This document shows, one piece after another, positions 48,092 to 57,097 of a stretch of DNA of 64,000 bases. Under the pieces are notes generated by a model. The model was not told where the DNA came from, did no database searches, and worked only from the letters and a program-made list of their open reading frames with translations. The stretch spans positions 1,056,001-1,120,000 of the forward strand of contig CAXXXD010000002.1 in assembly GCA_963663385.2 (NCBI GenBank), in the 5' to 3' direction. The DNA is from Oceanispirochaeta sp. Lineage in GTDB: Bacteria; Spirochaetota; Spirochaetia; DSM-2461. Made by a program: the position numbers and the translations under genes. Numbering within the stretch: position 1 is the first letter of the stretch; the number at the start of each line of letters is the position of its first letter.

Positions 48092-49732
48092 TCAGGCACC
48101 CATAAAAAGTTTTATATCATCTTCGACTGTACCGATCCCGGCAATGCCGAAGTTTTCAACCAGTACGTTTGCTACATTGGGTGAAAGGAAGGCGGGAAGG
48201 GTCGGGCCCAGGTGGATGTCCTTGACACCCAGGTAGAGCAGGGCCAGCAGTACGATAACCGCTTTCTGTTCATACCAGGCAATATTGTAGCTGATGGGCA
48301 GATCGTTAATGTCGTTCAGTTCAAATACTTCTTTCAGTTTAAGGGCGATAACAGCCAGGGAGTAGGAGTCATTACACTGGCCCGCATCCAGAACCCGGGG
48401 AATTCCGCCGATGTCACCCAGGGGCAGCTTGTTGTAGCGGTATTTGGCACAACCGGCCGTCAGGATAACTGTGTCTTCGGGAATCTGTCTGGCAAAGTCT
48501 GTGTAGTAGTCTCTCCCCTTCATTCTTCCGTCACAACCGGCCATTACAAAGAAACGTTTGATGGCACCGGTTTTAACGGCATCCACCACTTTGTCAGCCA
48601 GGGCGATTACCTGGTTGCGGGCAAATCCTCCGATGATTGTTCCCGTTTCAATTTCGGTGGGAGCTGAGCAGGTCTTTGCCTGAGCGATAATTTCAGAAAA
48701 ATCTTTTACTCCTCCTTCGGCAGGATCGGCGATATGTTTTACGCCGGGGTATCCGGAAGCTCCGGTGGTATAGATCCGGTCTTTATAGCTGTCTTTAACG
48801 GGGGTAATGCAGTTGGTCGTCATCAGGATGGGTCCGTTGAAGGAGGCAAACTCCTTGTCCTGTTTCCACCAGGCGTTTCCATAGTTCCCTACAAAGTGGT
48901 CATATTTTTTGAATGAGGGGTAGTAGTTGGCGGGGAGCATCTCGCTGTGAGTATACACATCCACACCGGTTCCTTCGGTCTGTTTCAGCAGCTCTTCCAT
49001 ATCTTTCAGATCATGTCCGGAAATCAGGATCCCGGGGTTAGTTTTTACTCCGATATTCACTTCCGTGATTTCGGGATTGCCGTAGGATTCGGTATTGGCC
49101 TTATCCAGTGCCGCCATTACGGAAACACCCTTCTCACCTGTTTCCATAGTGAGGGCCACAAGTTCATCCGCACTCAATGAATTGTCCAGTGTAGCCGCCA
49201 GTCCCCTGTACATAAACTTCAGAACCTCTTCGTCCTGTACTTTCAGGTGGTCCGCATGGCAGGCATAGGCCGCCATCCCTTTTAGCCCGTAGATGATCAG
49301 TTCCCGCAGGGAGCGGATATCCTCATTTTCTGTTGAAAGAACTCCCACAGTTCCGGCCTTTTCTTCCATGGCTGCGCCTGTAAGGGTAACGAAGGTAGCG
49401 GCGTCATGGAGTTCTGCCGGAACCAGGTCTCCCAGTTCTTTTTTCAGGCTGTCTCTGAGAGCGATATACTCGATGATGGTTTTTTCAAATACCGCACTGT
49501 CGAAGTTGGCATTGGTAATAGTCATAAAAAGACCGCGCATAATGGCCTGGTCTGCTTCGGGGAGGGCCTTGCCCTGAGCTCTGGCGGGGCCGGCTACCTG
49601 GGCAATCCCTTTCAGGGTATAGATCAGAAGATCCTGGAGGACCGCGGTTTCCGGAGTCTTTCCGCAGACTCCCCTGATTTCACAGCCGGTTCCTTTGGCG
49701 GCTTCCTGACACTGGTAACAGAACATATTCAT
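48092..49732 (-). CDS. hcp: Hybrid cluster protein
   Basis: [10 protein letters not shown]...GVCGK, SGHD, HSEM, AGCD, GQCND, WYEQKA; start at 49732 after AAGGAG. Confidence 0.97.
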   Translation of the reverse strand: MNMFCYQCQEAAKGTGCEIRGVCGKTPETAVLQDLLIYTLKGIAQVAGPARAQGKALPEADQAIMRGLFMTITNANFDSAVFEKTIIEYIALRDSLKKELGDLVPAELHDAATFVTLTGAAMEEKAGTVGVLSTENEDIRSLRELIIYGLKGMAAYACHADHLKVQDEEVLKFMYRGLAATLDNSLSADELVALTMETGEKGVSVMAALDKANTESYGNPEITEVNIGVKTNPGILISGHDLKDMEELLKQTEGTGVDVYTHSEMLPANYYPSFKKYDHFVGNYGNAWWKQDKEFASFNGPILMTTNCITPVKDSYKDRIYTTGASGYPGVKHIADPAEGGVKDFSEIIAQAKTCSAPTEIETGTIIGGFARNQVIALADKVVDAVKTGAIKRFFVMAGCDGRMKGRDYYTDFARQIPEDTVILTAGCAKYRYNKLPLGDIGGIPRVLDAGQCNDSYSLAVIALKLKEVFELNDINDLPISYNIAWYEQKAVIVLLALLYLGVKDIHLGPTLPAFLSPNVANVLVENFGIAGIGTVEDDIKLFMGA

Positions 49733-49825
49733 TGATTGACTCCTTAACGGCCTCAAGCGACCGTAATTCAAACTGATTTCGTTTAGGTTCTGAGAACATT
49801 CTACCCGGCTTCTCCGGAAGCTTCC

Positions 49826-49839
49826 GTAACTTATGTTAC
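49826..49839. promoter_or_regulatory. HcpR-type operator upstream of hcp
   Basis: Palindrome GTAAC-TTAT-GTTAC. Confidence 0.65.
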
Positions 49840-49926
49840 ATAAATAGGTATTTGTTTACCAAAATGCGTAAAATAAGTTGGTTTCATTCTATGGTTTCTT
49901 TTCTGTAAAGTATCTAGAATGGACCT

Positions 49927-50763
49927 ATGAAAACGAATTACCACACACATTGTTCCCACTGCGATGGTACGGGGAATCCCGAATCGATCGTACTGGCTGC
50001 CATTGAGAAGAACTTTGATATACTGGGATTCTCCTCCCATTCGCCTCTTCCGGGGGCTGACTGGACCCTCACATTTGACGGGGTGGAGGAATATATTGCA
50101 GAAATCCGGGAGCTGAAAGAGAAATACCGGGATAAAATCAACATTCTGGTAGGGATGGAGAGAGACTTCCTCCCTTCAGAAGACAGATGGACTTTCAGAA
50201 AATGGCAGAACCTGGATCTGGATTATGTCATCGGATCGGTTCATATCATCGAAAGGGAAGGGATGCCTCAGCTGTATTCGGTCGACGGTTCTGTTTCCGA
50301 GTTGAAAACCCTGATAGATGTATATTTTAAAGGGGATGCCCGGAAATTGGTGGAAGCCTACTATGATGCGGTAGCCCTTATGGCCGACCGGGAGACTATG
50401 GATTTTATCGGGCATTTTGATCTGGTAAAAAAACATAACAAAGCCCTGGGTTTTCTGGATGAAAACACCACCTGGTATAAGGATAAAGTAAACAGCGTAC
50501 TGGATATTATTGCAGAAAAGGGGCAGCGGATCGAGATTAATACGGGAGGAATCTCCCGGGGGGCAACCGATACGGTTTATCCCTCCCGGCCCATCCTGGA
50601 AGAATGCTGCAGACGGGGAATCCCCATAGTCATCAACAGCGACTCCCATCACCCCGATCATCTGGATTTCTACTTTCCCGAAGCCAAAGAAGCCGCCCGG
50701 AAAGCCGGATACAGGGAACACTGGATCCTGACCGAAAAGGGCTGGGAGCCTATAGCTTTATAG
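49927..50763 (+). CDS. Histidinol-phosphatase, PHP/HisJ family
   Basis: NYHTH, SSHSP, IGSVH, GHFD, EINT, SDSH. Confidence 0.85.
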   Translation: MKTNYHTHCSHCDGTGNPESIVLAAIEKNFDILGFSSHSPLPGADWTLTFDGVEEYIAEIRELKEKYRDKINILVGMERDFLPSEDRWTFRKWQNLDLDYVIGSVHIIEREGMPQLYSVDGSVSELKTLIDVYFKGDARKLVEAYYDAVALMADRETMDFIGHFDLVKKHNKALGFLDENTTWYKDKVNSVLDIIAEKGQRIEINTGGISRGATDTVYPSRPILEECCRRGIPIVINSDSHHPDHLDFYFPEAKEAARKAGYREHWILTEKGWEPIAL

Positions 50764-50781
50764 GAACAGGTTACAATCAGT

Positions 50782-50819
50782 TCTCCCCTCTTCTGAGGAG
50801 AGGGGTCGGGGGAGAGGTC
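50782..50819. repeat. Family A repeat, right arm
   Basis: CCCCTCTTCTGAGGAGAGGGGTCGGGGGAGAGGTC; ends at the purU stop. Confidence 0.75.
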
Positions 50820-51676
50820 TAAAAAACTATAGTCTTGTTACCAAACACGAGGATCTTATGCTGCAGGTGCAGCTGTACGCCCTTGGAAAGGACCATTTTT
50901 TCCAGATTTCGGCCCTTTTCCACCAGATCGGTCACATTATCCCTGTGATTGACCCGGGTAACATCCTGGGCGATAATCGGTCCCTGATCAAGGTCTTCGG
51001 TTACATAGTGGCTGGTGGCTCCTATGATTTTAACACCTCTGGAAAAGGCCTGATGATAGGGCTTGGCTCCGACAAAGGCCGGCAGGAAGGAGTGGTGGAT
51101 ATTGATAATCTTCCGGGGGAAGGCTTTGACAAAATCCCCCGAGAGGATCTGCATGTAACGGGCCAGTACCACCAGGTCGATTTTCTCCTTTTTCATAAGG
51201 GCGATCTGCTCTTTTTCCACCGCCTTTTTTGTTTCCTTTGTTACGGGAGTATGATGGAAGGGGATGCCGAAATAGTCTGCAATGGGTTTTGCATCGGGGT
51301 GGTTGCTTATAATCATTTTTATATTGGCTTTCAGTTCCCCCGCTCTGTTGCGGAGGAGCAGTTCATACAGGCAGTGGTCGTATTTGGATACCAGGATGGC
51401 CAGGTTCATAACGTCGTTGGAGAACTCCAGTTTCCACTGCATGGCAAATTTGATGGCAATAGGTTCAAATGCGGAGGCTATTTTCTCCGAAGGGAGGGCA
51501 AAATCTGTCAGGTCCCACTCTACGCGCATAAAAAACATCCCCGACTCATCATAATGCTGATCACAGTTCAGTATGTTTCCTTCATACATGGTGATAAAGT
51601 GTGTTATTTCGGCAACGATTCCCTTTTTATCTTCACAGGACAGGAAAAGTATGGCTGATTCAGGTTTTACGCTCAT
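50819..51676 (-). CDS. purU: Formyltetrahydrofolate deformylase
   Basis: ACT domain, LARYMQIL, INIHHSFLP, GATSHYVT.DLDQGPII. Confidence 0.96.
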   Translation of the reverse strand: MSVKPESAILFLSCEDKKGIVAEITHFITMYEGNILNCDQHYDESGMFFMRVEWDLTDFALPSEKIASAFEPIAIKFAMQWKLEFSNDVMNLAILVSKYDHCLYELLLRNRAGELKANIKMIISNHPDAKPIADYFGIPFHHTPVTKETKKAVEKEQIALMKKEKIDLVVLARYMQILSGDFVKAFPRKIINIHHSFLPAFVGAKPYHQAFSRGVKIIGATSHYVTEDLDQGPIIAQDVTRVNHRDNVTDLVEKGRNLEKMVLSKGVQLHLQHKILVFGNKTIVF

Positions 51677-51759
51677 TCTGGCACTCCCGGATTATTTAAA
51701 AATTGCTGGTTTGACATTATATCGGGAAACATATTCTGTGCAAAGGGCACTTCCTTCGC

Positions 51760-53121
51760 CTACTCCAATTCCCTGGCCAGTTTCCGAAACTGATCTCCCC
51801 TGTCAAATTCATTAATAAACATACCGAAGGATGTCGCCCCCGGGGATAGAATAACCGCTTCTCCCCTGCAGGCTTCTTCTGCCGCTGTATTGAATGCGTC
51901 TTGCAGAGAGGAGAAGGGGCCTTTATAGGATATTCTGTTTTTCTTTAGAAGTGTTATCATCTTATTTGTGGCTGTACCCTCCAGAAGGTATATCCCGGCT
52001 GCTTTGGCAAAGGCCTCAACTGTACAGGCATATTCCAGTTCCTTGTCATTTCCCCCGGCTATAAGCCGTACCGGGCAGTCGAAGCTTTCCACTCCTGCTG
52101 CCAGGGCTTCGGGGATGGTGGCAGTCGTATCGTTATAGTAATCCACTCCTTTGAAGCTGCGCACCCGTTCCATCCTGTGGGGCACTCCCGCGAATCCTTT
52201 GAGGGCTCTGCGAATTACAGGCGGTTCGATACCGAAAAGCCTGGCTGCTGCAGCGGCAATCAGGCAGTTCTGACGGAAGTAGCGGCCGGGTATCTGCAGA
52301 ATCTCGGGAAGGAGTTCTTCTTTTTCCCCGTTATATTCCATTATTCCCCTGTTCTCCTCCTGCCAGATCTCAATTCCCTCGCTTTTGCTGAAACCATAGA
52401 AGTGGGATATCCCCGGGAATTCCAGGGCGAATTCTTCCCCATAGCTGTCCTTGAGAAAAATGGCATGGTCAGAGGAGCTCTGTCCTTTATAGATCTGCTT
52501 TTTGTCATCCACATAATCAGAAAATAATTTATACATATTCTGGTGATCATTCATAATGTTGGTAATGACACTGACTTTCGGGTGTAAAAGGTTCCTGCCC
52601 CTTAAATCGCCCAGCTGCCAGGAGGACAGCTCCAGAATAACCGGATCATCCGGCCCCATCTTATCAATAAAGCTGAGGGGGGACACAGTTATGTTCCCTC
52701 CCAGCCAGACCTGACCGCAGGCTTCTTTCATAATGGCGTTGAGGGCTGATACAACGGTGGACTTCCCTTTGCTGCCTGTAACGGCAATCAGGGGATTATC
52801 GCAGGCCTTGAGAAAAACGGAAAGATCCGTCTCAACCTGAGCAGCCGCTTTAAGGTAGGGGGAATCGGCGGGAACAGCCGGATTTTTAATAACAATATCC
52901 GCTTCTGTAAAATCCTCCATCCTGTGTTCACCCAGAACATAACGTACTTCCAGATCCTTCAGGCGATCCAGTGAGGGTTTAAGAACCTCTTCCGAACGGA
53001 GATCCGTTGCCGTTACCAGAGCTCCGCGGGAGGCGAAGTAACGGACGCAGGCCAGGCCTCCTCCGTTTAATCCCAGTCCCATCACGGTTATTTTCTTGTC
53101 TGTATAGTCCTGTCCGTCCAT
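51760..53121 (-). CDS. murD: UDP-MurNAc-L-Ala:D-Glu ligase
   Basis: GLGLNG, TGSKGKST, ELSSWQL, PHRME, LSPGATSF. Confidence 0.93.
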   Translation of the reverse strand: MDGQDYTDKKITVMGLGLNGGGLACVRYFASRGALVTATDLRSEEVLKPSLDRLKDLEVRYVLGEHRMEDFTEADIVIKNPAVPADSPYLKAAAQVETDLSVFLKACDNPLIAVTGSKGKSTVVSALNAIMKEACGQVWLGGNITVSPLSFIDKMGPDDPVILELSSWQLGDLRGRNLLHPKVSVITNIMNDHQNMYKLFSDYVDDKKQIYKGQSSSDHAIFLKDSYGEEFALEFPGISHFYGFSKSEGIEIWQEENRGIMEYNGEKEELLPEILQIPGRYFRQNCLIAAAAARLFGIEPPVIRRALKGFAGVPHRMERVRSFKGVDYYNDTTATIPEALAAGVESFDCPVRLIAGGNDKELEYACTVEAFAKAAGIYLLEGTATNKMITLLKKNRISYKGPFSSLQDAFNTAAEEACRGEAVILSPGATSFGMFINEFDRGDQFRKLARELE

Positions 53122-53202
53122 TGCCGCCTCTCTTGTCTGATTGTCTGTTATGACCGATAATATCAGATATGCCCTGCTATGCCAAAGGAGAGGGAGCAGA
53201 AA

Positions 53203-54174
53203 ATGATCCGGAAAACAATCGGGCTTATCCTATTGAGCCTGTCTCTTTTTACAACAGTCCTGTCCGCTCAGGAAACAGCGGAGATTGTCTATGCCGAAGG
53301 AGAGGGGTTTACCCTTGTACGACAGGGGGAGACAGAATTCCATGATCTCTATGTCCAACCTGCTGAGGGAATGGTCCTTCAAACGGGAGATGTGATCCTC
53401 ACGGAACAGAATACCTGGATGGAAATAGAGATAAATCATACAGGTTCTCTTATTAAAATTGCGGAGAATACAACTTTTTCCATTAACTCCCTCGAAAACA
53501 GAGGCGGCGTGTTCGGAGTCAGCTACGGCCGTGTGAGGGCCAGGGTTGAAAAACTGACGGAAGACAGTCCTTTCTGGATACAGGGCAATGATACGGTAGC
53601 CGGAGTCCGGGGAACCGACTTCGGATATGATCTGTTTTATGAGAGGGAGTCTCCCGAAAAGACAAAAACCGATGTGTACTGTTTTAAAGGGAAGGTGGAA
53701 GTCGTTAAACTCCCCGGACCTGTAACCCCTGAAGGCGATGAGGGAACCGGGGGCAGACAGAACGCTTCCTCTGTCATGCTTGGTAAAAATGAGATGGTTT
53801 CAGTTGATTCTGATTCGGATAAGGAGCTGGAGAAAGAGAAAATAAGCAGAGAGCTGAGACAATTCTGGGAAGAGAATGATTTTGAATTTCAACCGGTTAT
53901 TCAGAAAGATCCCCCTGTTCTTCAGGGATTCCATAATGATCCGCGGCAGCTGAAACAGGCCGCCCTTTATACGGGGGTTACGGGAACCCTGATCGGCGGT
54001 ATAGGGATTATTTCCCATGTAACCGGGAGCAGCACCGGGGGAACCTCTATCGGTCTGGGCAGTGTGGGCGGTCTGCTGATCGGCAGCGCCGGGTATTTTT
54101 TTATCAGAGCTCTGATTCTGGATCGTGCCCCGTCTTCGCCCGGTAATCCTGAAAACACGGCTTCACCGGAATAA
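53203..54174 (+). CDS. FecR-domain exported/membrane protein
   Basis: Signal peptide, AGVRGTDF, C-terminal TM hairpin; start at ATG 53203. Confidence 0.75.
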   Translation: MIRKTIGLILLSLSLFTTVLSAQETAEIVYAEGEGFTLVRQGETEFHDLYVQPAEGMVLQTGDVILTEQNTWMEIEINHTGSLIKIAENTTFSINSLENRGGVFGVSYGRVRARVEKLTEDSPFWIQGNDTVAGVRGTDFGYDLFYERESPEKTKTDVYCFKGKVEVVKLPGPVTPEGDEGTGGRQNASSVMLGKNEMVSVDSDSDKELEKEKISRELRQFWEENDFEFQPVIQKDPPVLQGFHNDPRQLKQAALYTGVTGTLIGGIGIISHVTGSSTGGTSIGLGSVGGLLIGSAGYFFIRALILDRAPSSPGNPENTASPE

Positions 54175-54180
54175 ATAGTC

Positions 54181-54248
54181 CCTCGTCTACGCTCGGGATA
54201 CCTTTATATCCGACTGGGTTCGGAGCGTATAGGAAAGCGGAGCCGAGA
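54181..54248. repeat. Inverted pair of family B units
   Basis: CCTCGTCTACGCTCGG ... AAGCGGAGCCGAG between convergent genes. Confidence 0.6.
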
Positions 54249-54255
54249 TGGGGCT

Positions 54256-55665
54256 TTAGGGTCGGCGGGGGATATCTTCAGAAAACCGGTCGATTCGGGT
54301 AATCAGCCAGTTTCCCTTTTTCTGCTGTTCCAGTGTGACATTATCCCTGATTCTGAATCCCCGGGGGTAGTAGGCTTTTATTTCTCCGAAATCTTCTTCC
54401 TCTTCATCCGGGGTTCCGGGGTACCACTTTTCATAGGTCACCAGAAACTGATCATCCAGTACAGGATTGATAATCAGACCGGTCAGACCGAAAACGGTAA
54501 TACCCGGTTCGGGCATGGGGCGTCCTTCGGCTGTCCACTCTTCGGCGGAAAGGAGTCCGTCGTTCCCTTCGTATCCCTGGCGGACACGACTGGTTACGAA
54601 AAAATTCATAACTTCCTTAATATCGTTTTTTCCGGCATCCTTATGGATACAGTCAGTCATCATCTCCTGATCCATTGTCTGAATGCTTCCATAATAGGCA
54701 TCAACAACTTCCATCGGGGTCATTCCCATTGTCAGGGGCGGTTCAAAGGCTTTCTTTACCGGTGTATAGACTGCCGCTACAAGACACACCGCAGCTGCAA
54801 CAGCGGCTATAACGATGGTCCGCTTTTTTCTCCAGAAGATTCTCAGGCTCATTCTGCTTTCCCGGCGGGCCGTCATCTCTTCCAGTTTCTTCTGCTGCGC
54901 TTCTTTCTGCTCCGTATTGAGAGGTTCGCAGGGACTTTCCTTCTCCCAGAAGTCCAGAACCCTGTCCCACTCATTCATCCCGGGTAGGTCCTGCTTCGAG
55001 TCGAGTGAACGGTTTATTATATCGGCCAGAGGTTCTTTCAGTCCGGGAATTCTTATTTCGGAGGGGATAACAGGCTGTGTCCGGATCTCTTCAAAAATTT
55101 CGACTTCATTTATCTGATCAAAGGGCAGTACTCCGCTAAGATTCCGGTAGACCAGTACGGCCAGAGTAAAGGCCAGCCCTTTATTTCCGTGTTTGTCCGG
55201 ATGGTTGTAGGGGAGGTAGCACTTCAGCTTTGTTTCTTCATTTGCTCCTTTCCGGATAAAATCCATCAGGGCCGCGGGAAATACCAGTATCCGGGTGTCG
55301 TCGGTCAGAAACCAGGCCCTGCTGAAAAATCCCTGAATCGGGATATTTTTTTCCTGTACAAGATGAAACACTTTTCCGATTAATATCAGCTCTTCCTCCC
55401 GGAGATCTTCAGGATTGAGGATCTTTCCGGAGAGCTCGGGGCCGTAGAATACCATCTGATTATCTTTTTCTGTTACACCGGATATTTTCCAGCTTTCCAT
55501 CCGGCCTTCCCTGTCGATAATCCAGCCGCTTTCACTCTGAAGGGCACCCAGATCAACAGACCGGAATATCTTTGACGGGAGACCGCTGGCAATCCCTGTA
55601 TAGACTCCTTTTTCATCAGACAGTTTAACCAGTCCGTCTCCTATATATTGCGTTGTTAAAGCCAT
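54256..55665 (-). CDS. Hypothetical membrane protein with degenerate kinase-like C-lobe
   Basis: FTLAVLVYRNLSGVLPF segment, one TM, extracytoplasmic domain; no catalytic kinase motifs seen. Confidence 0.6.
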   Translation of the reverse strand: MALTTQYIGDGLVKLSDEKGVYTGIASGLPSKIFRSVDLGALQSESGWIIDREGRMESWKISGVTEKDNQMVFYGPELSGKILNPEDLREEELILIGKVFHLVQEKNIPIQGFFSRAWFLTDDTRILVFPAALMDFIRKGANEETKLKCYLPYNHPDKHGNKGLAFTLAVLVYRNLSGVLPFDQINEVEIFEEIRTQPVIPSEIRIPGLKEPLADIINRSLDSKQDLPGMNEWDRVLDFWEKESPCEPLNTEQKEAQQKKLEEMTARRESRMSLRIFWRKKRTIVIAAVAAAVCLVAAVYTPVKKAFEPPLTMGMTPMEVVDAYYGSIQTMDQEMMTDCIHKDAGKNDIKEVMNFFVTSRVRQGYEGNDGLLSAEEWTAEGRPMPEPGITVFGLTGLIINPVLDDQFLVTYEKWYPGTPDEEEEDFGEIKAYYPRGFRIRDNVTLEQQKKGNWLITRIDRFSEDIPRRP

Positions 55666-55718
55666 AGCTGAATCTCCTTACCATGAGAATATACTAAAAA
55701 ATGTTTCCCGGGGCAGTT

Positions 55719-56264
55719 TTATAAATTATCTTTTTCAGACAGTATAACAGCTGTAAATCGGTACAGCTCATACTTATCTGTCTTCCAGTAAGTGGGCGGG
55801 AGGCCTGCCTTCCTGCACAGATGATCCATAAACTCCTGAGTCCCCCAGCCCTGTTCCGTAGCGACCTGAGGCAGGAACAGACCCGAGTTATACCCGCTTC
55901 TGATTATTCCTCCATGGGTTCCCATTTCCAGATCCTCGGGAGATCCTACTGGTTCGGGCGGTGTCAGAAGGGATATTTCAAGATCAATTGCTTCCAGTTC
56001 GTCCTGTTTCAGCGGAGGAAACCGGGGATCCTGAAAAGCGGCCGCCAGAGCCGCCTCTTTGAGTGTTTCATCCAGTGGGTCTGATGAAACCGTATAGCCG
56101 ATACACCCCCGGAGCTGTCCGTTCTTGTGAAGCGTAACAAACGCCCCGCAGGAGGGGTAGGCGGAAAAATCAGGTCTATGGGGTTTCCTGCCTGTCAGAT
56201 GCTCTTCAATACACTGCCTGGCCCATACCAGCATGGATTTTCTGTCTTCGTCTGTAATAGTCAT
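55719..56264 (-). CDS. amrA: AmmeMemoRadiSam protein A (AMMECR1 domain)
   Basis: GAFVTL, LRGCIG, DPRF, FLPQVA, LCRKAG. Confidence 0.93.
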   Translation of the reverse strand: MTITDEDRKSMLVWARQCIEEHLTGRKPHRPDFSAYPSCGAFVTLHKNGQLRGCIGYTVSSDPLDETLKEAALAAAFQDPRFPPLKQDELEAIDLEISLLTPPEPVGSPEDLEMGTHGGIIRSGYNSGLFLPQVATEQGWGTQEFMDHLCRKAGLPPTYWKTDKYELYRFTAVILSEKDNL

Positions 56265-57097
56265 CAGTTTGACTCCTCCCAGGAAAAACCGCCGTAGTAG
56301 ACTCCCTTCTCCAGGCCATGATCCTGCACTTTCGTATGCTGCAAATGAAGAAGCTGTGCTTTGCCGGCCCGGGGAAAGAGTTCTGATGCCAGGGACAGTA
56401 CCCTGGTTCCGCAGGAGCTGACTGTTCCGTTCTTCTCTTCTTCAATCAGGGAATTCCGGAGCGGGAACTCCAGCATATCGATCAGATTGTCTGCCATGCG
56501 TCTGCTCTCTTCCAGAGCCTGGAAGTCGCTCAGATTAACGGATAGCACGGTTAATGTGCTGTCCCATTTATCCTTCATGATCTTTTTTATATGTTCAGCG
56601 GCCCCGGATATCTGTTTTTTGTTCAGATTTCCCATAAGGAGAGGGATAATTTGCGCATCCGGGAAAAGATAATGGACAAAGGGGAGCTGAACCTCCAGGC
56701 AGTGCTCTTCCATATGGGGCATATCGTTTTCCTGAAACAGGGACGATTCTTTCAGCAGTTTCTTTTTTACATCACAATCTACAGGAACAGGGCCAAAGGG
56801 GGTGGAAAAGTAATTCCTGCCGGGCAGGTAGAGCGCGGGATTCTTCTTCTCCCTGTGTACCGGTCCCATAAGAAGAACCGTTTCTACCGCTCTCTCCCGG
56901 CATGCGGCATAGGAGGCTGCCAGGCATTGACCGGCCGTGCTGAAGGAACCGTGAGGCGTCAGAATCAGGGAAGAGCGGCCGGGAGTAAACGGTTCCATTT
57001 CCTTCTCTATTAGCTTCTGAAGTTCTTCTTTGTTATCGGGATAGAAAAGACCGCTGACCAGGCAGGGTCTGATTTCCTTTTTGTCAGGTTCTTTCAT
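56264..57097 (-). CDS. amrB: AmmeMemoRadiSam protein B (Memo-like)
   Basis: GLFYP, PHG, GPVH, TPFG, EHCLEVQLPF. Confidence 0.88.
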   Translation of the reverse strand: MKEPDKKEIRPCLVSGLFYPDNKEELQKLIEKEMEPFTPGRSSLILTPHGSFSTAGQCLAASYAACRERAVETVLLMGPVHREKKNPALYLPGRNYFSTPFGPVPVDCDVKKKLLKESSLFQENDMPHMEEHCLEVQLPFVHYLFPDAQIIPLLMGNLNKKQISGAAEHIKKIMKDKWDSTLTVLSVNLSDFQALEESRRMADNLIDMLEFPLRNSLIEEEKNGTVSSCGTRVLSLASELFPRAGKAQLLHLQHTKVQDHGLEKGVYYGGFSWEESN

